Counted from the first letter of the stretch, positions 32,003 to 42,264 are shown. The stretch: DNA of 64,000 nt from an uncultured Chloroflexia bacterium (GCA_963765765.1 CAVXYC010000001.1:96001-160000); one strand, 5' to 3'. A program made the numbers and translations. Notes: a model not told the origin generated them from the letters alone.

Positions 32003-33100
32003 CTACTTGAGACGGAGAACGTTGTGGACACGGACGGTGTCCTGGAATCCCTTGAGCTCGAGGTCTCCGACGGGCTCCACTTCGATGAGGTCCCGTACCG
32101 CGGTGTAGACCGGCTCGCTGATCAGGATCTGCCCATCGCCGGCTATGCTGCACAGGCGGGCCGAGCGATTCGTCACGCTGCCAATTGCGGCGTAATCCCA
32201 GCGGCTTTCGAACCCGATCCTTCCGAGCGTGGCGAATCCGTGGTCGATTCCAACCCCGAATCCCAGCTTCCGGCTTCCACCTAGCTTTTCGCGCCACCTC
32301 TCGGTGCGCTCTAGCATCTGTTCCTGCATCTTCACCGCCATCGTGACGGCCCGCTCCTGCGGATTGGGCTGCTCGATCGGGTCATTGAAGAAGACCATCA
32401 GGCCGTCTCCGGTGAACCGCTCGAGCGTGCCCTCATAGAAGTCGATAAGCTCCCCGAGGACCTTGTGATAATCGTTGAGCACGCCGATAACGTCTTCAGG
32501 CTCCGCCCTGGCTGCAAAATCGGTGTACCCGCGCAGGTCGCAAAACACGACCGTAATTGCTCGTCGACGGCTATCCAACAGCGTCTCGTCGCCGGATGTC
32601 ATGATGAGCTGAGCAACCTGCGGCGGGAGATAGCGTCGGAGCCGACCGAATCGCTGTAGCTCATCGACTTGTTGTCTCACGCGGGCGTCTAGAGTTCGGT
32701 TCAGCTCATCCAATTCATCGTGCAGTGCCTTGATCCGCAGCATCGACCTGACACGGGCCACCAGCGCGTCTGGATCGACCGGCTTCGTAATGTACTCGTC
32801 GGCGCCCGCCTCGAGACCGACGACGATATCGGATGATTCCGCCTTGGCGGTGACCATGATGATCGGGATAAACGGGAGTGATTGATCACGCTTCAGCTCG
32901 CGGCAGACCTGAATTCCGTCGACTCTTGGCATCATGATGTCCAGCAAGACCACGTCGGGCTGTTCGGCACGAGCTACAGCCAGCGCCTGTTCGCCGTCCC
33001 CGGCTGTTAACACCTCGTAAGCCCGTGCTAATCGGTCGCGTAAGAACATCACCGCGTCGGGATTGTCGTCGACGATGAGTATTCGCGGCGGAGTTCTCAC
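32003..33100 (-). CDS. Receiver-domain class III adenylate/guanylate cyclase
   Basis: REC (ILIVDD, LLDIMMP, TKP) followed by VVFCDLRGYT, ERFTGDG, DYAAIGSVTNRSARL. Confidence 0.92.
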   Translation of the reverse strand: MRTPPRILIVDDNPDAVMFLRDRLARAYEVLTAGDGEQALAVARAEQPDVVLLDIMMPRVDGIQVCRELKRDQSLPFIPIIMVTAKAESSDIVVGLEAGADEYITKPVDPDALVARVRSMLRIKALHDELDELNRTLDARVRQQVDELQRFGRLRRYLPPQVAQLIMTSGDETLLDSRRRAITVVFCDLRGYTDFAARAEPEDVIGVLNDYHKVLGELIDFYEGTLERFTGDGLMVFFNDPIEQPNPQERAVTMAVKMQEQMLERTERWREKLGGSRKLGFGVGIDHGFATLGRIGFESRWDYAAIGSVTNRSARLCSIAGDGQILISEPVYTAVRDLIEVEPVGDLELKGFQDTVRVHNVLRLK

Positions 33101-33459
33101 GATAGATGCTCCCGAATCTTGGCCAGGAGGGCTGCCGGATCAAATGGCTTCGCCAGATAATCGTCGCAACCGGCCTCCAGCGCATTGCGGTCATCCCCGC
33201 TCCACGCAAAGGAGGTGACGGCGATGATCGGGATGTGGCGGAGTGCCGGGTCGGCTTTCATCCGCCGCGCCGCCTCGTGGCCATTCAGGCGGGGCAGCCA
33301 CAGCTCCATCAGGATAAGGTCGGGTGAGCATGACGCTGCCAGTTGTATGCCCGCTTCTCCATCTCCCGCCTCGATGATCTCGTAGTCCTTCTTCAAGCGG
33401 TCACTCAGGGCCAGGCGGCTGTCTTCCTGGCTATCAACGACCAGAATAACCTTGTTCAT
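33097..33459 (-). CDS. Single-domain response regulator, atypical (phospho-Asp replaced by Glu)
   Basis: ILVVDSQED, PDLILMELWLP, AVTS, AKPFD. Confidence 0.85.
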   Translation of the reverse strand: MNKVILVVDSQEDSRLALSDRLKKDYEIIEAGDGEAGIQLAASCSPDLILMELWLPRLNGHEAARRMKADPALRHIPIIAVTSFAWSGDDRNALEAGCDDYLAKPFDPAALLAKIREHLS

Positions 33460-36364
33460 GCTGTTGCCGCCTGCTGGTCGGTCCGGATCGGCAGCGTGAA
33501 CCAGAAGGTAGAGCCTTTCCCCAGGGTCGACTCCACCCAGATCTGGCCACCGTGAAGCTCGATGATTGCCTGAGCGATGTGGAGCCCGAGCCCCGTGCCG
33601 CCCTTCTCGCGCGTGCTCGAGCTGTCCACCTGGTAAAAGGGCTCGAAAATGTCCTTGAGATGAGCTTCGGAAATCCCAGGGCCGGTGTCTCGCACGGAGC
33701 CGGTAAATGTCGCGTCATCGGCCTTTACCTCGACACGAACCTCGCCAGCCTGAGTAAATTTGATCGCGTTGCCGACCAGGTTGCGCACTGCCCGGGTGAT
33801 CATTCGCTCGTCACCGCGTCCGATCGGCAGAGGCTGGAGTGAGGTTTTTAGACTCAGCCCAGTCCCGGCAGCCAGCGGTTCGACGAAGTCTAGTGCGGTC
33901 TGAACGATACCCGGCCACGAGTAGTCCTCTATCTTGAGGTCATATGTGCCGCCTCGATCTTGGTGAGATCAAGGACTTCATTGATTAGACCCATGAGATG
34001 ATGGCTGGCGTTCAGGACCCGCGTCAGTCGGTCAGGAACTTCCTGTTCCGGCACATAACCCTCGAGAACGTTCCGGGTGTGATTCACGATGACGTTCAGT
34101 GGATCTCGCAGCTCATGCGACATGTTGGCCAGGAAACGAGTCTTTCGCTGGCTGGCAATCTTGAGTTCCGCACTCGTATCCTCAAGCTCACCGAACAGAC
34201 GCGCGTTCTGCATCGCCAGCGCTGACTGGCCGGCGAAGGCTTGGAGCAGCTCAGTCACGGCCGGCGGGAAGAGGCCCGGCTGGCGGCGTGCGACGACCAG
34301 GCCTCCGATGACCCGGTTCTCCACGAGTAGCGGGACGGCCAGGAGCGAGCGCATACCGGCCGCGATCAGCTCCTCGCGCAGTCGCCCCGCGTAGCTACCC
34401 GCTTCGGCAATGTCGACGATCTGCACAGCCGCGCGCTCCTGCGCGGCCCGCCCGACCGCCCCTTCTCCCAGACCGATCGGTGCGTCCGCCAGCTTCTCGG
34501 TCAACCCGGGTTGGCTTGTGCTGGTGCTGCGCAGGCGGAACTCCCCGGTCGACTCGTCCAGCTCGTAGATAGCGCCGCCGTCGGCTCCCGAAAGCTGGAC
34601 GGCATGCTCCACAATCGTCGGGAGCACTGCCTCGAAGTCGAGCGTCGAGCTGACTGCTTGGCTGACGTCGCTCAGCCCCCGCAGCTCATGGATCCTCTGC
34701 GCCAGCTCCTCGAACAGGCGGGTCAGCTCGAGGGCGATCACGATTTGATCGGCGAACGTCTCGAGCATACCGATCTGATCGTCGGTGAAGGGCTTGGCCT
34801 GTTCGCGCCCGATGGAGATGACACCGACCGCCTCGCCGTCGCGCTGGATTGGCGTTGACAGCGCGCTGAGATGCCCAATTTCGACGCGCTCGCTCTGCGC
34901 ATACTTCGCCGCACCGCTCGCGGAGAGGTCAGGCTCGTTGATCGTATTGACTTCGGCGGCCGCGCGCCCGGTGATCCAATCCCGGCTGATGGGGCGCCCG
35001 ACACCAACTTCCGGTGCGAACGTGCCGTACCCCGCTACTCGCCTCAGGGCGTCGCCCTTGCGCAGCCAGATCGAGGATCCATCAGCCTCGCACAGGCTTG
35101 CCGCCTTCTCGGCCACCGCCTCTAGCACGGCCTGACGGTCAGACGGCGACCCCGCGATGATGCGTAGCACCTCGCTAATGGCCGTCTGGCGCTTCAGGCT
35201 CTCGTCTCGCTCGCCCAACGCCTCGGTGAGCTCAGCGGTCCGCTCCTTGACCTGCTGCTCGAGTGTGGCGCGTTCCTCCCGAAGCTGGGCGCTCATGCGG
35301 TTGAACTCGGCCGCCAGCGCCTCCAGCTCGTCGCCGGTCTGCAGGTCGATGCGCTGTTCCAGGTCGCCCGCGCCGATCCGAGCTGCGCCCTGCTGCAGGG
35401 CGCGAATCGGTCTGACCATCGCGCGCGCCAGGAGCAGGCTGGCTAGCGCCGATAGGATGAGACCACACAGCAGCAAGATGGCGGTCCGCACCACCGATCC
35501 GTAGAGCGGCGCCAGCGCCTCCTGCTCCGGTTGCTCCGCGATGACCGACCAGCGTAGTGGCTCGATCGTGGCGTGCGCGCTGAGGGCTTCCGGTCGGCAC
35601 GCGTCGCGGGGCAAACCCGGCGCGGCGCCGGGCTCCCGCCCGAGCGCCGCGGCAACCTGCGGGCAGGAGCTGAGATTGAGTCTCTGGTACATCAGGTTGA
35701 TGTCGTGGTGCGCCACGAGCTGGCCCTGTTCGTCGACGACGAACGCGCGGCCGGTCTGGCCGATCTTGATCCGATCGATCACGTCGCGGACGTAGGTGAG
35801 GTTCACCTCGGCTACCGTCACCCCCTGCCGAGCCCCCCGCCCGCGCACCGCGATGGTCATGTACGGCTCGTACCGGTCACGCAGGTACATCGCGCTGAAA
35901 TACGGCTCCGCAGCGGGCCTGACGAACCTGTCATCCCGACTGAAGTCGATACCGCTGTCGACGACATTCATCGTGAGTCGTGAGACGCGGAGTCGTTCGA
36001 TGCCAGCCTCGTCCAGATGGCTCAGCTCGGTGATTGACGGCACGAGCCGCAACAGGCTGAGGTAACCGACGAGACGCTCATGCTCCGCTTCCGAGCCCGC
36101 CAGCGGCACCGGCTGCAGCGCCCATTCGATCTGGCGGTGAATGTCCAGCACGAACTGGTCGATTCGCCCTGCCGCGTCGCTCGCCTCCTGGCGAAGCAGC
36201 TCCCCTCGACTCTCGCGGATCTGCACGTTCGTGAAGTACAGCTCGACTAGGCTGCTCGTCACGAGTGCGCCACTTACCAGCAGGACGATGATCCCGACGT
36301 ACTTCCAGAAGATCTGGGGTGTCCGCCGGCGCGGGCGCCCCGCCTGGCGCTCTCGGGCTAGCAT
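33456..36364 (-). CDS. Membrane sensor histidine kinase (Cache-HAMP-GAF-GAF-HisKA-HATPase), frameshifted near 33810-33930
   Basis: Two TM segments around a Cache-like region, HAMP (GDELEALAAEFNRM), two GAF-like repeats, FLANMSHELRDPLN, NLVGNAIKFT, DTGPGI, GGTGLGL. Confidence 0.9.
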
Positions 36365-37546
36365 CTCGGCATCCCCAGTGGGCCGTCTAGCACCTCGTCA
36401 ACCTGGGCACGCAACGAGCGCGGGATCGTCAGTCCAAGGTCCTGCGCGGTGCGCAGGTTGACGACCAGCTTGAACTGTTGAGCTTTCTCGATCGACAGCT
36501 CGGCCGGCTTGGCACCATTGAAGATTCGATCGACGAGGGCCGCGGCGCGGTGATAGCGCTCGACGAAGTCGGGCCCGTACGCCATTAGTCCGCCGCGATC
36601 GGCGAAGTTAGGCACCCCGTAGATGCTGGGCAGCCGAGCCGCGGCGGCGCAATCCACAATGGTGCTGCTATTAGAGTTGAGAATCGTCGAGGCAAAGGCC
36701 GCCAGCGCCTCGACGCGCTCAAGACGAGCCCGCGCGAAGGCAGTCGGAATCTGGTCCGGAGCGCTGACCCCGAGCGAGACGATCTCGAGACCCAGCCGCT
36801 CGGCCACGGTCTCGGTCTCCTGCCACTCGCCACAGTCGCCGGCGTTAAGCGGGTTCCACAGTATCCCCACGCGGCGGACATCCGGCATGAGCTCCTTGAG
36901 CAGCTCAAGCCGCTTGCCTGCAAGCTCCTTGGCGCCTGACGCCAGGCCGGTGATGTTCCACTCCTTCCCAGTTTCGTCCATCTCCAGCGGCGCCCGCTCG
37001 GGGGCGTTGCAGCGCGGTGAGCGTGTCTCGGGGGACACAGCTTCGTCCCACTCCCCGGGCATGGCCAGACTTCTCACGATTCCGGATCCGACCGGATCGC
37101 TGCCGCTACTCACGATAGGGATGCGCTTCTGGGCAGTGGCCATCTTTGCCTGCTCGCTAGCCTGAGTGCCGAACGCGACGATGACGTCGAAGTCGTCTCG
37201 GACCACCTGCTCGGCTAGGGTCTTCAACGTCTCGGTGTTGCCGTCGGCGAAGTAGCGCTCCACGACGACATCTTCCCCGAATGCAGCCCGCAGCCGGCGC
37301 AGCTCGGCCTCGAACTCAACGAGCTCGGGGGGCGGGATCGTCCGCTCGGGCGTTGTCGAGGTAGGCCACGCGGCGCATCGTGGCCGGTTGCTGGGCCCCA
37401 GGAGGCGAGAACATCGACCTGGTAAACGCTACGCTAAGACCCAGCAGCAGCAGCGCGGTGACGCTAGCCAGCAGGAGCTGACGACCCCGACCACGAAGCG
37501 CTGCCCTCAGCCACTGCATCCCAGGTTCGCCAGCTACGCGGCTCAT
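36358..37546 (-). CDS. ABC_sub_bind solute-binding protein, membrane-anchored, frameshift near 37290
   Basis: N-terminal hydrophobic anchor, RRVAYL, DPVGSG, GKRLELLKEL, GGLMAYGPD, GAKPAEL, VNLRTAQDLGLTIP. Confidence 0.85.
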
Positions 37547-38052
37547 GCCCCGCTCTCCCCGCCTGCCAGCGTCTGCGGAATGACCAATCTGAACCGCCTC
37601 GGTTTCTCGACGGGGAGCTGAGATGGCTTCGCGCCATGGGTGGCCTCGATCGACTGGGTCCCAAAGGCGACAATGGCCTCGAGATCGAGAGCCGCCAGCT
37701 CCTCAGCAAGCTCACCCAGCCTGGAGACGGCGCCCTCCGCGTATCGGTACTCGAACGCGATGGTCTGACCTTCGATGTAGCCGAGCTCACGAAGCTGATC
37801 GCGGAATGCCTCAAGCTCTCCGGGGCGAGAGCCTGGTGAACCGGGATCGAGGTACCCGATCCGCCGGATCCTGGTGGCGACGTCTGTCTGAGGTGGCACT
37901 TGCCCGCCCCGCACGAGCGGCAGAGTCACCAGGCCTATCGCTACGCCGGTAATGCCTCGGAGGAATACACGGCGGCCCTGGGAACGACCGATACGAAGGC
38001 TGGATCCTAAGGCTGAGCTTGCGAGGTGTCCGCCCGTCATACTCGCACTCAC
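37543..38052 (-). CDS. Miniature ABC_sub_bind-like protein with a large internal deletion
   Basis: RRVFL leader, RRIGYL...LRELGYIEGQTIAFEYRYA...AIVAFGT joined directly to GAKPSQLPVEKPRRFRLVI; ATGA overlap with the next gene. Confidence 0.55.
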   Translation of the reverse strand: MSASMTGGHLASSALGSSLRIGRSQGRRVFLRGITGVAIGLVTLPLVRGGQVPPQTDVATRIRRIGYLDPGSPGSRPGELEAFRDQLRELGYIEGQTIAFEYRYAEGAVSRLGELAEELAALDLEAIVAFGTQSIEATHGAKPSQLPVEKPRRFRLVIPQTLAGGESGA

Positions 38053-38239
38053 CGTCGAGGCGCTTCTTGGCCGCGGAACGGCAAGGATCCTTTCTGTCGG
38101 CGTCTGCTCCTAGGTCGGCGCCGCGTCCGCACCTACTCTACGACTGCGGATGCCCTGCATGTTATCCCCATGGGGACAGTATTTCTGTCGCTCCTGGAAC
38201 AGAATTGGCGAAATTCTCGACTGGTTGGAGGTGCGCAGG

Positions 38240-38938
38240 TCATTCGTCGGGGAAACTTACCCAGCACTTGAGCGCATCCGGGTCCAGAACAACGATATGG
38301 CGGCCCCGACGGTTAATCGCACCCTCGTCTTCGAAGAATCCGAGCAGCTCGTTCACACGAGGCCGCCGCCCGCCAATCATGCTCGCCAGCTCTTCCTGGG
38401 TGAGCGAGACCTGGATCTCGACCGCACCGTCGGTCAGCTGCCCCTGCGTGTTGGCTAGCTCGAGCAGCTTCCTTGCCAGTCGACCACGGAGGCGAACAAA
38501 CATCAACGCGCTCACGTCTTCGGTGAGCCGACGGATGGTCCGGGCCAGCGCGGAGAGCAGCGCCTCGGCAACGGTTGGCTCACGCCGCAGGAGATCCAGG
38601 AAATCGGCGCGACTCAAAGTGGCCGTCTCGACGTCTTCCAATGCGATGACCGTCGCGGAGCGCGGCCCGCCATCCAGCAACGTCAGCTCGCCGAACATCT
38701 CGCCCGGACCGACGATGGTAAGCACGGCGTCTTCACCGGTCTCGGCTGAAGCCAGGATTTTGAGACGTCCCTGGCGGACCAGGTGGAGCGTTTCGCCTGG
38801 GTCGCCCTGGTGGAAGACCACCTCGTTGCGCCGGTAGCGGCGGCGGCTCAGGCGCGCGGTGAGTGCCCGTCGAGCCTCGTGTGCGAGGCCGTGCAGGATA
38901 GGCGATTCGCGGAAGAGATCCGACTCCGCCTGCTCCAT
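38240..38938 (-). CDS. Crp/Fnr-family transcriptional regulator
   Basis: VFHQGDPG, GEMFGELTLLDGGPRSATV (cNMP-binding), LTQEELASMIG HTH. The start could be further upstream. Confidence 0.92.
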   Translation of the reverse strand: MEQAESDLFRESPILHGLAHEARRALTARLSRRRYRRNEVVFHQGDPGETLHLVRQGRLKILASAETGEDAVLTIVGPGEMFGELTLLDGGPRSATVIALEDVETATLSRADFLDLLRREPTVAEALLSALARTIRRLTEDVSALMFVRLRGRLARKLLELANTQGQLTDGAVEIQVSLTQEELASMIGGRRPRVNELLGFFEDEGAINRRGRHIVVLDPDALKCWVSFPDE

Positions 38939-39176
38939 CTCGTCGACAAGTATAACGGCACTCACACTATCCAGGGCCCTGGCTACGAAGCAATCGGGCG
39001 CTTGTCCATTGAACTTCTCCTGCACGTCAGCTGTCCCCAATCGGACAGCGCAATGGTCCCCGGGAGCATGGTCGTAGTCGCCGACTTAGCTCACGCTGTG
39101 GGCATCACAGTCGGACGCACAGCCTGAGCTGATTGATCGACAGGCAGGTGGCCGAAGGATGAAAGGAAGTACGGAA

Positions 39177-40079
39177 ATGGCCTGGAATTTTCTCGAACCG
39201 ATCGCCACGATGCCCGGGCCCCAGTTTCTCCTGCTGTACGGGTGCGTTATCGCCCTGACGCTCGCGCTCTGTCGCTGGGTGGTGCGTCGCCCGGATCTGG
39301 ACCGCGGAGCTGCCGCCACTACCGATTACATCCGAGCCGAATCCATACGAGATCGCGTACCTCCGCGGCGGCGCGAATGAGCTGTCGCGGCTACTCATAT
39401 TCAGCCTGATGGAGCGAGGGTATCTCTCGATTGTCGATCCGAAGAAGCACCAGATTCAGTGGGCGCGGGAGCATCCGGATTCCGCGCGGTTGACCCCCAT
39501 CGAACTTACCATGCTCCGATCGTTTTCGGAGCCTCGTGAAACTCGGGAGGTGTTCCACGGTATTTCAGACCGGATCGAGCTTCACTGCGCGATCTACCGA
39601 GAGCGCCTTGAGGCACATGACCTGCTCGACTGGCGTGACGAACGGCAGGGCCATGTCCGGGGAGTGCGCCTGGCGGGCGCGGCCGTCATCCTGTGCCTGG
39701 GGATCTTCAAGTTGCTGGCCGCGACCGCAGCGGGTCACGCCAACATCGGCTTCCTCATCATCATGGCGGGCATGTCGCTTGTGGTGCTGGCGCAAGTAAC
39801 CAAGTCGGCCTCGCCTCAGTAGCCGAGGACAGGACTACGTGGAACGACTCCGACTGGCGTACGGGAGTCAGCCGTCGGAGAGAGCCACGATGTCTATGAA
39901 CGGGGCGGAGCCAGCGGCGCTGCTCTTCGTCGGCCTCTTCGGCCTGGGGGCGCTCGAGGGAATCAGCCACGAGATCTACGCGGAGCTATTCCCTAATGTG
40001 AGCTCGGGGCGGAGTATGAGCGGGGGAACCGAGGGTTGCGGAGCCCGGGTGTGGCGGCTGTGGCGGCTGTGGTGACTAG
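39177..40079 (+). CDS. TIGR04222-like integral membrane protein with a Cys/Gly-rich C-terminal tail (frameshifted)
   Basis: MPGPQFLLLY, PYEIAYLRGG (alternate frame), GIFKLLAA...GHANIGFL, VGLFGLGAL. The end reads GCGAGCGGCGGCGD* after removing one base near 40046. Confidence 0.75.
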
Positions 40080-40929
40080 GGCACCGGAGACGACCTCGGT
40101 TACTGCTACCCGCGCTTGGGGTGTTGGGCTGGGGTATCGCCAACCGTTCCGAGCCGAGCCTCTTCCGTCAACGGCGTGCGGTCGACCTTCTGGAGATCAC
40201 GCTGGATCACTACCTCGACGCGTCGAGCGAGAACGAGCAGGAGCTGAAATTGCTCGCCGAACACTTCACGCTCATCCTCACGGACTCAACCTCTCCCTGG
40301 GCAGCGCCGAAGGGCTCGATGAAGAGTACGTTCAGCGGGTAGCCCGGCTGGTGCGACGGCTGGACCCACCGTGGTGGAGCGAGCACATCGCCTTCACCCG
40401 AGCGGGCGGTCGTGAGATCGGCCACCTTGCCCCACTACCGTACACGCGCGAGGCAGTTGACGTGGTGTGCCAGAACATCGCGGAGCTACGTCGCCACCTC
40501 GACGTGCCCCTCATTCTCGAGAACATCAGCTACACGGTTGACCTGCCCGGTGGGGAGATGACCGAAGCAGAGTTCATCGCGGAAGTGGTGGAACGCGCCG
40601 ATTGTGGGCTGCTGCTCGACGTCATGAACCTGCACGCCAACGCCGTCAATCACGGCTACGATCCCGAGCGATTCCTGGAGCGGATCCCGCTCGAGCGCGT
40701 GGTGCAGTTGCACTTTGTTGGAGGCCACTGGTCTCATGGCGTGATGGTGGACAGCCACTCGCAGGCAACACCCGAGGGAGTGTGGACGTTACTGGAGGCC
40801 GTCCTGTCCCGTGCACCCGTCAAGGGCATGATCCTGGAGCGGGATCAGAACATTCCGCCGTTTCAACAGCTCATCGGTGAGCTAGAGCGTGCGCGGGTTA
40901 TCGGAAGGCGGCACGGACGATGGGCTTAG
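40072..40929 (+). CDS. DUF692 / MNIO multinuclear non-heme iron oxidative enzyme (compensating frameshifts near 40150-40280)
   Basis: GVGLGYR, HGLNLSLGS, WWSEHIAF, LILENI, LLLDVMNL, QLHFVGG, DSHS, ILERD; GTG start overlaps the upstream stop. Confidence 0.92.
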   Translation: MTRAPETTSVTATRAWGVGLGYRQPFRAEPLPSTACGRPSGDHAGSLPRRVERERAGAEIARRTLHAHPHGLNLSLGSAEGLDEEYVQRVARLVRRLDPPWWSEHIAFTRAGGREIGHLAPLPYTREAVDVVCQNIAELRRHLDVPLILENISYTVDLPGGEMTEAEFIAEVVERADCGLLLDVMNLHANAVNHGYDPERFLERIPLERVVQLHFVGGHWSHGVMVDSHSQATPEGVWTLLEAVLSRAPVKGMILERDQNIPPFQQLIGELERARVIGRRHGRWA

Positions 40930-41519
40930 CGCGGGTCCAATGGCTGCTCGCCCAGCTTTACACTGACGCAAACCTACGGGAACGCTTCTTCGCCGACACT
41001 CACGCGGTGAGCGAAGAGTACGGGCTTTCGCCTGACGAGGCGAAGCACCTGTGCCAGCTCTCGGCGGCACAGGTCACCTTCTTCGCTGACTCGCTGCGAC
41101 GCAAACGGCTCAACGCTGCCGCGAAATTGCTGCCGCTCTCGGTCTATGCCCTTGGCAAACGCTTTGCTGAGCTTTTCACGGAGTTCGCCGATACATTCGT
41201 GCCGAGTGGCACCAATAAGCAGCGTCAAGACGCCAGAGCATTCGCCAGCTTTATCGAAGGCATCGCGCGGGGCCGTCAGATCGGTCCGCCCTGGGTGCTC
41301 GAGCTGATACGCTACGAGGCCGCGGAGCTGGCCGCGGCAGACCCCACCAGCCACTGCGTCATCCGCTGGTTTCGCGAGCCAATCAGCATGCTGATGCAGC
41401 GATCCGCCGAGGATCTCCAGGCGTGGCACGAACCCTCGCGGCCCACACTGGCGATCTGGTGTCGCCTCTCACCACGCCGTCGACCCTGGCATATCGCCGT
41501 GTCACTCCCTCACTTCTAA
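40920..41519 (+). CDS. Putative MNIO partner protein
   Basis: Overlaps the DUF692 stop. LAQLYTDANLRERF, FADSLRRKR..AAKLLP, F..FA, DARAF, LIRYE resemble helical partner proteins found after DUF692. Confidence 0.6.
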   Translation: MGLARVQWLLAQLYTDANLRERFFADTHAVSEEYGLSPDEAKHLCQLSAAQVTFFADSLRRKRLNAAAKLLPLSVYALGKRFAELFTEFADTFVPSGTNKQRQDARAFASFIEGIARGRQIGPPWVLELIRYEAAELAAADPTSHCVIRWFREPISMLMQRSAEDLQAWHEPSRPTLAIWCRLSPRRRPWHIAVSLPHF

Positions 41520-41653
41520 AGTCGAAGCCGCTCGGTGTTATGTGTATGTGAGCGCCGGGTTCCTGCTTGGTGTGCGTCTGACGCACCTCTCTGCCGGACG
41601 CCAACCTTTCTGGTTCCAAATTTAAGTCGCACGCAATATTCCTCGAGCCAGCC

Positions 41654-41680
41654 TGTCGATTTGGCGCCTCTCTGTTCGAC
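41654..41680 (+). promoter_or_regulatory. ECF42-like promoter (TGTCGA-N17-CGAC)
   Basis: Lies 30 bp upstream of the DoxX start, with a GGAGG RBS between. Confidence 0.6.
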
Positions 41681-41710
41681 TTCCTGATAACAACCCGCGG
41701 GGAGGACTCG

Positions 41711-42115
41711 ATGAACAAGGTGCTCTGGACGCTACAGGTGCTACTCGGACTTTTCTACGCGCTCGCCAGCGGTATGCCGAAGCTGGTGTTTCTCGATCAG
41801 CTACCACCGGCCCCGATACCGCTGCCCGTTCCGTTCGTACAGTTTATCGGCGTTTGCGAAGTGCTTGGTGGACTGGGCTTGATCTTGCCCGGCCTCACTC
41901 GCATCCAGCCCGGTCTCACGCCCCTGGCGGCCGCGGGGCTCGTGATCATCACAATTGGAGCCACGGGCTACAACCTTTTAGCTGGAATGCCGGAGAGCGC
42001 AGTGTTCGCGGCGGTCATTGCGCTACTGGTTGCGTTCGTCGGCTACGGTCGTTGGAAGCTGCTACCGCACCGTGCTCGCCCCAGTGTAGGAGAAGCTAGC
42101 GCGTACGCACTCTAG
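41711..42115 (+). CDS. DoxX-like membrane protein
   Basis: LWTLQVLLGLF...FIGVCEVLGGLGLILPGL...LTPLAAAGL...YGRW. Confidence 0.85.
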   Translation: MNKVLWTLQVLLGLFYALASGMPKLVFLDQLPPAPIPLPVPFVQFIGVCEVLGGLGLILPGLTRIQPGLTPLAAAGLVIITIGATGYNLLAGMPESAVFAAVIALLVAFVGYGRWKLLPHRARPSVGEASAYAL

Positions 42116-42131
42116 CTATGCACAACCTCGC

Positions 42132-42162
42132 AATAGCCTGCGTCCATTGGACGCAGGCTATT
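42132..42162. terminator. Perfect 15-bp hairpin after the DoxX gene
   Basis: AATAGCCTGCGTCCA-T-TGGACGCAGGCTATT. Confidence 0.6.
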
Positions 42163-42264
42163 CATTTAGAGATCAAACCAACTGTCTCTGTTTTCCCTAG
42201 CGGGTTAGCCCGGGCGAGCCGCGCAGGTGGGTGGGCCAAACGAGCTGGCCGGCCAGCAAGCACC

